This document shows positions 50,631 to 61,489 of a stretch of DNA of 64,000 bases, piece after piece. The stretch is from a virus. The stretch spans positions 1 to 64,000 of IMG/VR virus record IMGVR_UViG_3300031576_000022; one strand, written 5' to 3'. The stretch's first letter is position 1. Every line of letters starts with the position of its first letter. The notes under the pieces were generated by a model, which saw nothing but the letters and a program-made list of their open reading frames with translations, ran no database searches and was not told the origin of the DNA. The translations under genes were made by a program, and so were the position numbers.

Positions 50631-52172
50631 TTATGGTGGTGGAATAGGCGGAGGCGGCGGTGCCGGTTCTGCTGGTGGCGGTGCTGATGGTGGTGGTAAA
50701 ACTGGCGGTGGTTCATCCTTGCATACATCTGGCAATGGTATTTCTGTTTTTAGTAATTCTAAATCTAAATCGATGGATATTAATGGAAACATAATTGGTG
50801 GAAATGCAGGATCTTTTGGTTCTAATTTTGGTATGTTTTCAAGTAGCCAGGCTATTATAGAACTTGTTGCCGTAATATGATCTTCTGTTAATACGGCCAA
50901 TTTTTCAATTTTAAAATCTAAAGCTTTTACTATACAATATAAATGATCTATTTCATTGAGGAGGCTATTAAACCTATCTGTAATTGTTATCCATCTGTTA
51001 TTATAGCTTTGAGATGAAACCTCTTCGCATGGTAGGTATGATGTTAGTAGTGATGTTTCGCATATTGTATCAAAACCAAGTGTTTCAATATCCGGGCATT
51101 TTGGTTCAGAAAATACTTTTATTCTTTCATCAATCGTTACTCCAGCATCATGTTCTTCAAATGGTGTTGGGCTGTCTTTTGGATCTATGAAAATATCTTT
51201 TACTGTTGGGTCTTCTTCGAATGTTGCTGCAATGAGATCTTCATTGAGAATATTGCAATTATCAATTGCTGGTAAGGATACAAGAATCCCCCAGGCATGG
51301 TGTGTACGATTAAATGCGAAGGCTCCAGTCAAAATTTGACCAGACATTCTTGTTTTTTTTGTTGTTTCTATTTTTTCTTCTTCAAATTCTGTAGCTTCAA
51401 TTGTAGTTTCGGTTAATTTTGCTGTTGATTCTACCTTTAACTGATCTAGTTCAACCGGACGATCTATTCCTCTTGGAAATACCGTTTCTCCATCTTCGTC
51501 GCTATCCCTAGGCCACGAAAATCCAGAAAAAAATAATGGCCCAGTTCGTTGATCGCTTTTATAGAAGTGTGCTGTAATACGAATCTCAAATCGACCATAT
51601 AATAGATCTTTTCTTCCTGGAAACGCTCCAAATAAATCGTTATAAGACGATCTTGATTCATATGCTTCAGCTAATGCTGCGTCATCGTCTACTGAACTTC
51701 CGCCAGTTCCAGTGACAGTCGGTGGAATTGGTGTATTTTTTGCTATACTAACACGAAAAATATCTGTAAATTTTCCGATAGCTCCCATTTCTGATGGGTT
51801 CATTCCTGCATCGCCAGCCATACCGCTACGTGCGTTGTATTCTGTATCTCTACCGAATTTTTGTGGTCTTGTTGGTTCTAAATAATGTTGTATTACATAT
51901 GCCTTATCAAGATTTATTCCAGCACGAGTTACTCTTGGTATGATTCTTTCACCTAGGCTTCCTGTATCAATATCTGCTTCGGATTCTGGTGGATCATCTG
52001 GATCAAATGGGATCTCTGGAATCCCATCTGGTGTAAACCTCATAAATTTATCGGATACGGTTCCAATACTCATTTCTTTTATAGAAAGCATATCAGATAG
52101 GACACCCCATATTCTGGTGTCACCACTAAATATTTCGTTACTATCTTGTCCATCTAATATACCAACAGTCAC
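50631..52172 (-). CDS. large acidic protein with poly-Pro tail, possible virion protein
   Basis: 513 aa; ends EPPPVLPPPSAPPPAEPAPPPPPIPPP. Confidence 0.6.
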   Translation of the reverse strand: MTVGILDGQDSNEIFSGDTRIWGVLSDMLSIKEMSIGTVSDKFMRFTPDGIPEIPFDPDDPPESEADIDTGSLGERIIPRVTRAGINLDKAYVIQHYLEPTRPQKFGRDTEYNARSGMAGDAGMNPSEMGAIGKFTDIFRVSIAKNTPIPPTVTGTGGSSVDDDAALAEAYESRSSYNDLFGAFPGRKDLLYGRFEIRITAHFYKSDQRTGPLFFSGFSWPRDSDEDGETVFPRGIDRPVELDQLKVESTAKLTETTIEATEFEEEKIETTKKTRMSGQILTGAFAFNRTHHAWGILVSLPAIDNCNILNEDLIAATFEEDPTVKDIFIDPKDSPTPFEEHDAGVTIDERIKVFSEPKCPDIETLGFDTICETSLLTSYLPCEEVSSQSYNNRWITITDRFNSLLNEIDHLYCIVKALDFKIEKLAVLTEDHITATSSIIAWLLENIPKLEPKDPAFPPIMFPLISIDLDLELLKTEIPLPDVCKDEPPPVLPPPSAPPPAEPAPPPPPIPPP

Positions 52173-52242
52173 GGCAGTTCCTTTCCCTACTGGGACTTGT
52201 TTTTGTTATGTTTATATAAATACTAAAATAGTTACTGGAATA

Positions 52243-52521
52243 TTATGGGATAAGTGGTGATGGTGGTGTAGCTGCTGGTTTTTTTGGTGGCTTTGGTACA
52301 AATGGGTCATGTTTTTTTGTAAGAGCATCAATGAATTCTTCGCTTTTACTCCATGTAACTCTAGATTTAGAAACATTATCAATATTACTTGCAATAAGTA
52401 GATCCATGAATTCGCCATTATCGGCTTTTAGTATTGTTTTATGTCCAAATTGTGATGGTTGATGGATCTTTTTAGAAATTATTTCTTCAATTAGTTGCAG
52501 TAAATATCTTTCTTCGGCCAT
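52243..52521 (-). CDS. small protein with Pro-rich tail
   Basis: Abuts upstream gene; PKPPKKPAATPPSPLIP. Confidence 0.55.
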   Translation of the reverse strand: MAEERYLLQLIEEIISKKIHQPSQFGHKTILKADNGEFMDLLIASNIDNVSKSRVTWSKSEEFIDALTKKHDPFVPKPPKKPAATPPSPLIP

Positions 52522-52523
52522 TT

Positions 52524-54956
52524 TTATTCGACTCCAACACCAAGGTTTGGATTCATAACTTCTGATTCAACACTAATTATTGTGTTCATTGATTTAAGAT
52601 CAAATTGAATTGCAACAATAATACAAGCGGAAAATGGTTCTGGAGTAAAGTCTAGTCTATCTACTATACCAAAAATTGAATTTCCAGGTTTATATGCGAT
52701 ACTGATTGTTGGAATTCTTGCTCTCATAGAGATTATTGGAACAGTAAAATATGGTATATCTGAATCAATATCTAATCCCATTTTTATTTTTTCTGCTATA
52801 CTATAACTAGCCAAGCTTGGACTTGCTATTGCTGTTGCACCAGCCTTTGCTTGTTCTGGACTTACTGATGTTGTTGTATCGATTGCATTTACAATATCAA
52901 TTCTGTATTTTTTTCCATCTACCCACCTTCTTCCAGACATCATTGTTCCAATTTTTCCAATAGAAAATAGTCCTCTTTTTATAACAAGTCCAGCTTGATC
53001 ATGTTCTACTGCTCCAATTACCATTGGAGCTAAAAACGAAATTTTATTTGTTTTTGGATCAATAGTAACATTAACCATATTTAAATCGCCACTTTCTAAA
53101 AAAATACCAGATCTATCTTCAAGAATTCTAACGCTTCCTTTTTTTGATCCGAATGGATAAAAATCTTTTCCATCTTTCTTAATTGTAGATTTATCTTTAT
53201 CTATTGTTTCTCTTAAATCTATGTTTTCTGATACAAAATCTACAGCTAGTTGGGCTTCTTTTGTTTGTCCTGGACTAAATTTTGGAAAGTATGTTTTTGG
53301 TGGAGATGGATCGCCAGATTTTGCTGTAGCAATATTTCTTGAAAGAAATGGTCTAGGTTTAATCATATATGTAGATCCATTTACCTTGAATAATGTAGGA
53401 ATAAAATTAAATGGATCTCTTTTTTCATCTTTTGTTGTTGTAATCAATCCCGTTTCATCTGTAATCCATCTTCTCATGGTCGAAAAAAATGAATCTTGAC
53501 CTTTGAGTTTAATCGCTTCATCTTCTGCAAGATTATTGATACGAATTTTTATCATATTGTTTTGAAGTCTTTGCCATTCATATCTTGTAGATTTTCCCGT
53601 TGATTCTCCATCAATAAATGTTCCAGACATTCCTTCAAGTTTTATTTGATCATTGCCTGTTGTTGCGTCGGCTACAGATACTTTTTTGATAATTTCAAAC
53701 CATACTTCACTTGTCCATCCCTTTCTAAGATAGAATGCATTTTGTACACGAATGTTTTGTGTTGTTCCAATTAATGCACCAATTACTTGTGTATAGTCTA
53801 CGTTTATATCAATATCATCAATATTCCATTTTTCTTTATTAACAAGTGGATATGCGAGTGGTCCGGTGGATGCAATATTATAAAGTCCTACTGGCATTCC
53901 ACTTCCACCTGATCCCATAAATATTTTTATAGCTTTTGTTGCTAATCCAGTTCTCCATACATTAAGTATTGAAGCTGATTCTGTTGGTTCAAGCCACCAA
54001 TTATATCCAACAGATTGACATATTTTAGTAATTGCATCTGTTGCCCTTAATCCTTGAATGTCAATAGTTTCTGGATACAAATCATCCATCCCGGTTGGAG
54101 GCCCTAGTATTATTCTTTTTGTTTCTACAAATATATCTTCTACTGGTGCGCCACCACCAAATGGGCCTGCGTCAGCAACCGCATCTTCAAATGAATATGG
54201 TGGTGAATAACAATAAAACATTACATATTTTATCATATCCCATGCAGACCATGCAATATTTCTATCTGCTGGTGGCGCCCCACCAAAACTTTTTATGTTT
54301 AATGCAAAATAATCTCCATCAAAAATTATTTCTGGTAAAATTCCAAATGAATCTCCTGCTCCGACTGCTGGAGATTTTCTTCCATTTCCGTGTGGTGATA
54401 TAATACCAAAATGTGACCATGATGATTCTGCTAGTTTAGAAAATGTTCGATCGTTGAATACACATGGAAGTCCAGTAAACCATCCAGATCCAGCACCATA
54501 TATCCCGCCAGATACAGCTTCAGTACCATCATCATCTGCTTGAATGCCAACTTGACCTATAATAATTTCTCTGTATAAGTCATATTTATAATCAACACAT
54601 TTTAATATAATTGTTTCATCTTTTGAATCATCCGATCCACCAGACGCTCTTAACGATTGAGCCATTATGTATCCACTGAAAAGTATGCTTTTAGTACCAT
54701 CAGACAATGATGCGGAGATAGCTATTTCTGTTCCAACTGCTAAAAATTCAGATCCAAGATATGTGTCTTTATCTATTCTATTTTCAACTATTTCAATTTC
54801 TGCTGTTGAAAATTCGCTATTTCTTTTCCAATTAACATTACCAGCCTTTACATAGAATCCCAATAATGAATCTTTTGCTATAACAGTAATAATTGGTAAA
54901 TCTATTTTACCATCTTTATCAACAAATCCAACCGTATCTGTTATTGAGAATGACAT
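52524..54956 (-). CDS. probable baseplate hub/tail tip protein
   Basis: ILFSGYI....IILKCVDYK..L, DAITKICQSVGYNWW, YKPGNSI patterns typical of hub proteins. Confidence 0.55.
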   Translation of the reverse strand: MSFSITDTVGFVDKDGKIDLPIITVIAKDSLLGFYVKAGNVNWKRNSEFSTAEIEIVENRIDKDTYLGSEFLAVGTEIAISASLSDGTKSILFSGYIMAQSLRASGGSDDSKDETIILKCVDYKYDLYREIIIGQVGIQADDDGTEAVSGGIYGAGSGWFTGLPCVFNDRTFSKLAESSWSHFGIISPHGNGRKSPAVGAGDSFGILPEIIFDGDYFALNIKSFGGAPPADRNIAWSAWDMIKYVMFYCYSPPYSFEDAVADAGPFGGGAPVEDIFVETKRIILGPPTGMDDLYPETIDIQGLRATDAITKICQSVGYNWWLEPTESASILNVWRTGLATKAIKIFMGSGGSGMPVGLYNIASTGPLAYPLVNKEKWNIDDIDINVDYTQVIGALIGTTQNIRVQNAFYLRKGWTSEVWFEIIKKVSVADATTGNDQIKLEGMSGTFIDGESTGKSTRYEWQRLQNNMIKIRINNLAEDEAIKLKGQDSFFSTMRRWITDETGLITTTKDEKRDPFNFIPTLFKVNGSTYMIKPRPFLSRNIATAKSGDPSPPKTYFPKFSPGQTKEAQLAVDFVSENIDLRETIDKDKSTIKKDGKDFYPFGSKKGSVRILEDRSGIFLESGDLNMVNVTIDPKTNKISFLAPMVIGAVEHDQAGLVIKRGLFSIGKIGTMMSGRRWVDGKKYRIDIVNAIDTTTSVSPEQAKAGATAIASPSLASYSIAEKIKMGLDIDSDIPYFTVPIISMRARIPTISIAYKPGNSIFGIVDRLDFTPEPFSACIIVAIQFDLKSMNTIISVESEVMNPNLGVGVE

Positions 54957-54968
54957 GTTATTGTATAC

Positions 54969-57446
54969 CTAACATGGATTGCCTTTAAGGCCGAGCGGAT
55001 TTGATGGTTTTGTTGCATCTGGTGTAAATCTTACTACAAATGGATTTCTTGTTTCAAAATCTCCGTCATCAGACATAACTCTAGCAACAGCATAATGTGG
55101 AATTTCTGAAAATGGACCAACAGTAGTTGATGTTAAAAAAAAGGTTTGGTCATATCCAATCTGATGAAATGGAATAAACATTGTTACGATAGGTGGTCCA
55201 GTAAAATCGGCAGGAACATTTTGTTCAAACATCCATATTTGTACGCTATTTCCAATCGCTGGCTCACGAAATGCTTTATAAATGGCTGAAAATTCAATAA
55301 ATCCATTTGGCTTAAGTGTTACAGTGAATTGTGATACTGGATTTGGTTGTGGTCCAATGAGCTTAAGTATTCCTGGCGAATCTTCAATAACAGTTATATC
55401 AAGTCTGTTTTCAAAATTACCGTCTTCTGTTATTCCATTACTGGCTCTAATTACAAATCTCCATATTCCAGGAGTCATTAGTATAATAAATCCAGGGATT
55501 GCTCCGGTTGCTGCTGGTACTGTAAAATCTGGAAATTCAAGCGTACCATTATTGTGGTATAGGTTGTATGTAGTAACTGATGGGCTTGGACTTGAACTTG
55601 ATGATACGGTTCCAAATAATCCTGTAAAAGATATTGTCATCCCGGTAGGGGCAATGATCATTTCTGGAATGATAAATGCTGTTGGATTATTTGATTCTGA
55701 TGTAAGCAGATTAATTAATTGAGATGAAATTAATATTGGTTGTGGTATGATAAAAGTAATTATTGGTCCAACAAATCCATCGATTCCTTTTCCTGGACTT
55801 GCTTCACCCCATACCCTTACATCTGTTGGTGCTATTGGTCCTGGAGCAGAAACAAATGCTGATATATTGTTTATTGTAAGAGCAAAATCTGTTCCATCGT
55901 ATGAGGCACGGATTATGTTGATTTCTTCAAGAATTATTGGTAATACCGTTAATTTCATTCCTGATCCAGTATATATACGTGCAATGATTGCATATCCTGT
56001 GTTATAATCATTATCTGGTGTCTCAAAGAATTCATTTGAAAATTTTGCAGCTATTAATTCAAAAAAACTCTCAAATGAAAATATTTTTGTATATGTAGTT
56101 GTAGCGAAACTATCTAATGGTAATGTTGTTGGAGCGCTTCTTAGTAGTACAGACATATAAATATCAAATTCTTGGCCTACACCGATCCATGAACCAGGCA
56201 CAGACCCATCAAGGTTAAATGATGCACCCTGAAGTTCAATTCCTGCACCATGATTAATCCCTTCGTAAACAAATATTGGTCTATTAGCTAGTATAGGTTG
56301 ATTAATATTTGTTATTAATGAACCCTTGCTATCTATTCTTGCTACTCTATCCTGATCATTTTCTATTTGAATTGTTCCAGCAAGATCTGTAAAAGTATTT
56401 GCTGGGTCAACTGGATCAAACCATGTTCTAGGTAAAAAATCTGCAAATGTAATAGAATCTCCAATGTTTCCTGCTATATCTTTCGATCTAAGTCTAAAAC
56501 GATATGCACCTTGAATTAATTGTGCTGTCGTATATTCGGTAGCTCCTGGCTGGATACTATCAAATTGAATATATGGTGCTCCATCTTTTGATATTTCAAT
56601 AATAATTGCTGCATATCCATCTCTAATTAAAAAATGATTCCATTTTAAATGTATTCGATTTGATGGACAATATTCAAGAATACCGCGCGCCTCAAGCTCG
56701 CGTCCTTCTAGTGAAACCCTTGATCCAGATATTGCAGCGCTGAACGTACTGCGCTGAACTCCAAGTATTTGTTCATCAAAATCAATTATAAATTTGAATA
56801 TATTATGAAACGATATGATACCATCAAGTAGATCATATGCTATTGCAGATGATCCGGTTAATCCGTTTGCAACAATGGGATCGTCCCATAATGTCATATC
56901 TGATGTTAAATCAAACCTCATGTGTCCGTTTTCAATTCCAACAAATTCAACAGCACCTACACGAGTATTTCCACCAGATATTGTAAACGATAATTTATAT
57001 TGATCTCCAAGAGAAGAAGATAGTTTCATTAAAATACTAAACCAACCACCACCAAGTGAAGTTATTGTTTGTACTGAATTAAAACTATTTGTTTCGTTTA
57101 TTCCAATACCTGTTAATTCAAGTTCTGTAAAGAATTGAACGATATCTGGATTATCACGACGAAATATTGAAGCTGTAAATATAGAAAATCCTCCAGTATC
57201 TTCAACTTCGAATGAAATAAAAATATCAATAGGAGTAAACTGAATATTTTTTGTTTGACGGTATTGACCATTTTTAAATAAGTGTGTTAGGTGCTCGAAT
57301 CGTGGAACACCAAGCCAAATACGAATAGATGAAGATACTTTGTCAATCAATCTCATATCAAGGAATGGAACATTTGGTGGAAATCCAGGAAGATTTTCCG
57401 GTAAGAACCTTCCAAGCGGATTTCCTAAACGTCTACCAGCATGCAT
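54969..57446 (-). CDS. multi-domain virion protein with FN3 and LamG-like domains
   Basis: GAYRFRLRSKDIAGN and YNLY...WRFVIRASNG (FN3); TWFDP.D....DRVARIDSKG...Q.....RP. Confidence 0.7.
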   Translation of the reverse strand: MHAGRRLGNPLGRFLPENLPGFPPNVPFLDMRLIDKVSSSIRIWLGVPRFEHLTHLFKNGQYRQTKNIQFTPIDIFISFEVEDTGGFSIFTASIFRRDNPDIVQFFTELELTGIGINETNSFNSVQTITSLGGGWFSILMKLSSSLGDQYKLSFTISGGNTRVGAVEFVGIENGHMRFDLTSDMTLWDDPIVANGLTGSSAIAYDLLDGIISFHNIFKFIIDFDEQILGVQRSTFSAAISGSRVSLEGRELEARGILEYCPSNRIHLKWNHFLIRDGYAAIIIEISKDGAPYIQFDSIQPGATEYTTAQLIQGAYRFRLRSKDIAGNIGDSITFADFLPRTWFDPVDPANTFTDLAGTIQIENDQDRVARIDSKGSLITNINQPILANRPIFVYEGINHGAGIELQGASFNLDGSVPGSWIGVGQEFDIYMSVLLRSAPTTLPLDSFATTTYTKIFSFESFFELIAAKFSNEFFETPDNDYNTGYAIIARIYTGSGMKLTVLPIILEEINIIRASYDGTDFALTINNISAFVSAPGPIAPTDVRVWGEASPGKGIDGFVGPIITFIIPQPILISSQLINLLTSESNNPTAFIIPEMIIAPTGMTISFTGLFGTVSSSSSPSPSVTTYNLYHNNGTLEFPDFTVPAATGAIPGFIILMTPGIWRFVIRASNGITEDGNFENRLDITVIEDSPGILKLIGPQPNPVSQFTVTLKPNGFIEFSAIYKAFREPAIGNSVQIWMFEQNVPADFTGPPIVTMFIPFHQIGYDQTFFLTSTTVGPFSEIPHYAVARVMSDDGDFETRNPFVVRFTPDATKPSNPLGLKGNPC

Positions 57447-57456
57447 TTTTTATTGC

Positions 57457-57696
57457 CTATTTACTGGTTTCAGTTTTATCGCATGAGACTGATTGAATCG
57501 AATGTTTTGGTATAATCATTAATTCTGATTCTATAATTGATATCTCATATCTTGTAACAAACCTAAGTATTCCTGATGCTATTTTATCGCCTCCATACCT
57601 AACAATGACCCTTTTCCCTACCAAGCTAATGAACAAATCAAGATTGTATAAATTTTTTTTATGTTTTTTATCTATTGGTTTCTTTTCAGTTGACAT
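57457..57696 (-). CDS. Hfq/Sm-like RNA-binding protein
   Basis: GKRVIVRY..D...SGILRFVTRYEI.I (Sm1) and MIIPKHSIQSV (Sm2; compare Hfq VYKHAISTV). Confidence 0.65.
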   Translation of the reverse strand: MSTEKKPIDKKHKKNLYNLDLFISLVGKRVIVRYGGDKIASGILRFVTRYEISIIESELMIIPKHSIQSVSCDKTETSK

Positions 57697-58051
57697 TATT
57701 GATCAATTATACTGCAACAGTATGTTTTAGTCAAAAATTATTTAGATTATTAAATTGTTGGATTGCTTTGGTAGGTAAGAAGTTCTTTGTATTTTTTATA
57801 TTGATTTTCAATCATATCATTTGGTGTAATTTTTATTCTCATTAGTTCATTATTCCTGCAATACCAACAACACGGATTATTTGGTTCGTCTTTTTTTTCC
57901 TCCTGCATGATATCCGCAGTAATGACAATTTTCGGTGCGAGCATTCAATTCTTCGCTCATTGGTTCTTCCACTAAACTGATTTTATTGGTACTGCCGCTT
58001 GTGTTTGTTACGATTCATCAACCACAAGCTATTGACATTCAAGGGTTTGCG

Positions 58052-58080
58052 TTGACCTTCGTTTTGTGGTCGGTTAGGAT
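58052..58080 (+). promoter_or_regulatory. sigma-70 promoter for primase-helicase
   Basis: TTGACC-N17-TAGGAT. Confidence 0.6.
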
Positions 58081-58093
58081 TCCGCCTATAGAA

Positions 58094-58129
58094 AACGCCC
58101 CGGCCTGATTCAGCGCAGGCCGGGGCGTT
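58094..58129. promoter_or_regulatory. GC-rich hairpin in the primase-helicase leader
   Basis: AACGCCCCGGCCTG/CAGGCCGGGGCGTT perfect 14-bp stem. Confidence 0.6.
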
Positions 58130-58171
58130 CGATCGAGGTTACGTATCTTGCCTCCGGGGAGAGGTCAGACA

Positions 58172-61100
58172 ATGGATAAGATCGCATCTGATGGCGTGTC
58201 TGTCAATTATGAATCACGGTTTTCTCGTGTCAGGGATGATGTGGAGACACTGTTGGCGCGTGATCCTGTTGGAGTAATTTTTAGTTTATTAAGTTGCCAT
58301 ATATCTAGTATAGAACGTCCAAATGGTACGCTTAGTATATGGGGTATGACGTGTCCATGGTGTAATGGAGGCGGCAATAAAGAATCATCGCCACTTTTTT
58401 TATCGAGTCATGGAAGAAAGAAGCTTCATTGTGAGAAATGTGGTAAGTCTGAATCTATTGTTTTTTTATTTATAGAACAACATGGACTTTCATTAAAATC
58501 TAATATTGGGCTATGTTCAGAAAAGCTTGCTAATGCTGCTGGTGTGAGTTCTCATGACGAATATATAAAACAAAGAGCTACAGGAAGGTTTACTGATGAT
58601 TTTATAATTGATATGGATGATAATCCGGTACAGGCGCAGGGACGAATTTTCTCCCCTACTGGGACTATGCCTCAAGATAAAAAGAATTGGATAATTAGAG
58701 GTATAGAATTTTTTTTAAATAGGGCTGATTTAGGAGAATTGAGCAAACAAGAATCTGTAGCTATTTCATATGTTATGAAACGTGGTATATCACAGAATAC
58801 TATTAGAAGCTGTAAACTATTTACTAGTATAAATTCAAACAAAATAATGGTTGTAATGCCATCATATGATTGTAACAAAGATTTAGTTGGATATCAATGG
58901 TTTGATTATGCTAATGTTGATAAGAATGGTAAAGCTGAATATCGTGCATGTAAAAATGAATTTGGTAGTTGTAGATTTCCGTTTGGGATGGAGGATTGTG
59001 TAGGAAATAATAATCCAATACTTATGGTTTGTGGGTTCTTTGATTATTTATCTGCTAAAGAAATTGGATTTGATAATGTACTTAGTCCATTTGGAACCAA
59101 TATGTTATCTACTGATTGTTCTCATATAAAAGATGTAGTAAATGGAAGGTCTGTTTCTATTTTATTTGATAGACAGATTCAAGAATTAGATCAATCTTTA
59201 TTGGTGGCAGAATCATTAAGAAAAGTTGGTGCAAAAGTAAACATATTATTATGGATGAAAGGAAAGGAAGGATTTGATTTTAATGATTTTTTGTTGGGAT
59301 GTAGAAAGAAAAACATAGAAAATCCTAGAGAATTTATTGGTAGTTTGATTAAAGATGGTATGATCAGGTTGATTAAACATGGTAAAAATATAGATATTGA
59401 TCAGATTATTAAAGATTCTGGTATTGAGATTGGTTCATATATAATGCGTGGCTCATGGCCTGCATCTAATATTATCGTAAAAAATCAAGAAAAACAATTA
59501 TCAAACATTGATATATCTAAAAATGTTCATGGTAGGGGAAAAGGTGCTAGCTTCGAGCCTGATTTAGAAAAGGCCATATCTGGATTATCTCCAATGGGAG
59601 AATTTCATACTTTAATTATGTTTACAGACATTCATTCACGATTTGAAATGTGTACTGTTCTTGATGTTAAGAGATGTGCATTGAGCGATAATTGTGGTTG
59701 CGCTGTTAACAATAGGTTAGATATATCAGATGGAAAATATTCATCTGCTTTTGTTAACAATACAAAGATGTTACCAGCAATAGAATCAATTAATGAAAGT
59801 TTCCAGTTTTTATGTCCAAATTCAAAAGGTTGGGATAAAAAGGAACCCAAAAAAATACTATATAAGGCTTCAACCAAATCAAATACGTGGTCTATTATTC
59901 ATGCTAGATCATTATTTTCAAGTAGTTCAAAAATTAATATGGTTACAGATATTAGTGATATAAGAACAGGTATATATGAGGTATATGGTTATAAATCAAA
60001 TCATTGTGGTATGACCGGATCTGTATTTGTAATAAAAGAAATGAAACCATATACGATTGAATCAGTTCTTCAGTCGATGCCACATGAAGAATCAAATTCT
60101 ACTGAAATAGATTTTTTTGATGGGGTATCTGTTATATTAGATTCTGGAATGATAGGTACCCCAGATATGATTTTTATTTCAACTGTTTGTGTATGGGCTT
60201 TTAGTCCTCCTGTTATTCCATTAATTAAAGATATTGGTAAAGATATAATTAATCACAGGCAACCATCTCTTTCTATTTATGCTATTGGTGATCCTGCAAC
60301 CGGAAAAACAAATACAATTAGAGAAGTGTCGGAACTTGCTGGACATAGATGTGATCCAACTGATGCAAAAATGGCTACAAAGCCTGGTTTGGTTATTAGT
60401 GGTGCTGATGGGTCTCCAGGTCAGATGCCAAGATCCATTGGACGTGCAATGGGGCTTGATGAGATTACTGATAGAAAATCTGTATTAGAAGTTATTCAGT
60501 TACTTGTTGAGAATCGCGTTTCTATTTCAATGAGTGGAAGAAATATAGACGAAGTTGTACCAGTAAGAATTGCATTACTTAGTAATGCAAATGCTGAAAG
60601 AAAAAAACTACATGAATTTAGAACTCCAATGGAAGCAGCATCAGATTTAATTAAAGAACATCTTATTCGTAGAATAGATATGTGTGTAGCTACTATTAGT
60701 TTATCTAGTGAGGTTGATATAGATGAAAGAAATACGAATATATATCGTAAAGATATTAATATAAATATTGATAGAAATTATTTGATAAATCTTGGGAAAA
60801 GATGTTGGAGACAAAATCCAAAAAATATTATTGTTGATGATGTAGCCATAGAATTTCTTTCTGATGAAAAAAACATTATATCAAAGATAGATCATATTCG
60901 TACTGGAAATCCAATGATGTATGGTGATATTTCTCAGCGTATATTTAGAATCGCATGTGGGATAGCTGGATTCTCTGGATCTTTCAGTGGTGAAAATATG
61001 ATCGTAAAAATTAATCATATTATGTATGCGATATTATTGATGAATGAAATGATGGATACTATGGGTGCATCTAAGGAAGCTAGGTTTCATATGAGAACAA

Positions 61101-61489
61101 TGGATGTTGAAGGTGCGTATAAAGTTCTTGTTGATGTTTGTACAGAAGCTTTGAGTATGATGGATTCTACACAGGATTCTATGATGTATGCCGGAAAGGT
61201 AATTATTGCTTTTATTCAGACATGTAATGCTCACGATCCAGGATCGTTTGTTGATACTGGCATCAAAGAATTACATAGAGATTTGAAAGATTCCAAGAGT
61301 GAAGCATTATCTTCTGAAAGAAAATTAGCACCATATAAACGTGCATGGAAAATTATAGATAGAATGAAGAGAAATGGATTAATTAAATCTGAAGGACATG
61401 GATCATATTCTATTACTGAAACATTTGCAAGGTCTGTTTCGATTATGGAAACTGATGCGCCTGTTATTTACAAGAAAATACTTGAATAG
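58172..61489 (+). CDS. Zn-finger/TOPRIM primase-like domain fused to MCM-like AAA+ helicase
   Basis: CPWC..HCEKC; Y...RGI; VCGFFDYLS, FDFNDFL; IGDPATGKT, ATKPGL, MGLDEI, LSNAN, LIRRID. Confidence 0.82.
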   Translation: MDKIASDGVSVNYESRFSRVRDDVETLLARDPVGVIFSLLSCHISSIERPNGTLSIWGMTCPWCNGGGNKESSPLFLSSHGRKKLHCEKCGKSESIVFLFIEQHGLSLKSNIGLCSEKLANAAGVSSHDEYIKQRATGRFTDDFIIDMDDNPVQAQGRIFSPTGTMPQDKKNWIIRGIEFFLNRADLGELSKQESVAISYVMKRGISQNTIRSCKLFTSINSNKIMVVMPSYDCNKDLVGYQWFDYANVDKNGKAEYRACKNEFGSCRFPFGMEDCVGNNNPILMVCGFFDYLSAKEIGFDNVLSPFGTNMLSTDCSHIKDVVNGRSVSILFDRQIQELDQSLLVAESLRKVGAKVNILLWMKGKEGFDFNDFLLGCRKKNIENPREFIGSLIKDGMIRLIKHGKNIDIDQIIKDSGIEIGSYIMRGSWPASNIIVKNQEKQLSNIDISKNVHGRGKGASFEPDLEKAISGLSPMGEFHTLIMFTDIHSRFEMCTVLDVKRCALSDNCGCAVNNRLDISDGKYSSAFVNNTKMLPAIESINESFQFLCPNSKGWDKKEPKKILYKASTKSNTWSIIHARSLFSSSSKINMVTDISDIRTGIYEVYGYKSNHCGMTGSVFVIKEMKPYTIESVLQSMPHEESNSTEIDFFDGVSVILDSGMIGTPDMIFISTVCVWAFSPPVIPLIKDIGKDIINHRQPSLSIYAIGDPATGKTNTIREVSELAGHRCDPTDAKMATKPGLVISGADGSPGQMPRSIGRAMGLDEITDRKSVLEVIQLLVENRVSISMSGRNIDEVVPVRIALLSNANAERKKLHEFRTPMEAASDLIKEHLIRRIDMCVATISLSSEVDIDERNTNIYRKDININIDRNYLINLGKRCWRQNPKNIIVDDVAIEFLSDEKNIISKIDHIRTGNPMMYGDISQRIFRIACGIAGFSGSFSGENMIVKINHIMYAILLMNEMMDTMGASKEARFHMRTMDVEGAYKVLVDVCTEALSMMDSTQDSMMYAGKVIIAFIQTCNAHDPGSFVDTGIKELHRDLKDSKSEALSSERKLAPYKRAWKIIDRMKRNGLIKSEGHGSYSITETFARSVSIMETDAPVIYKKILE

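Noticed and set aside
50590-50880. Gly-rich 96-aa + strand ORF
   Set aside because: Antisense mirror of the poly-Pro tail of 50631-52172
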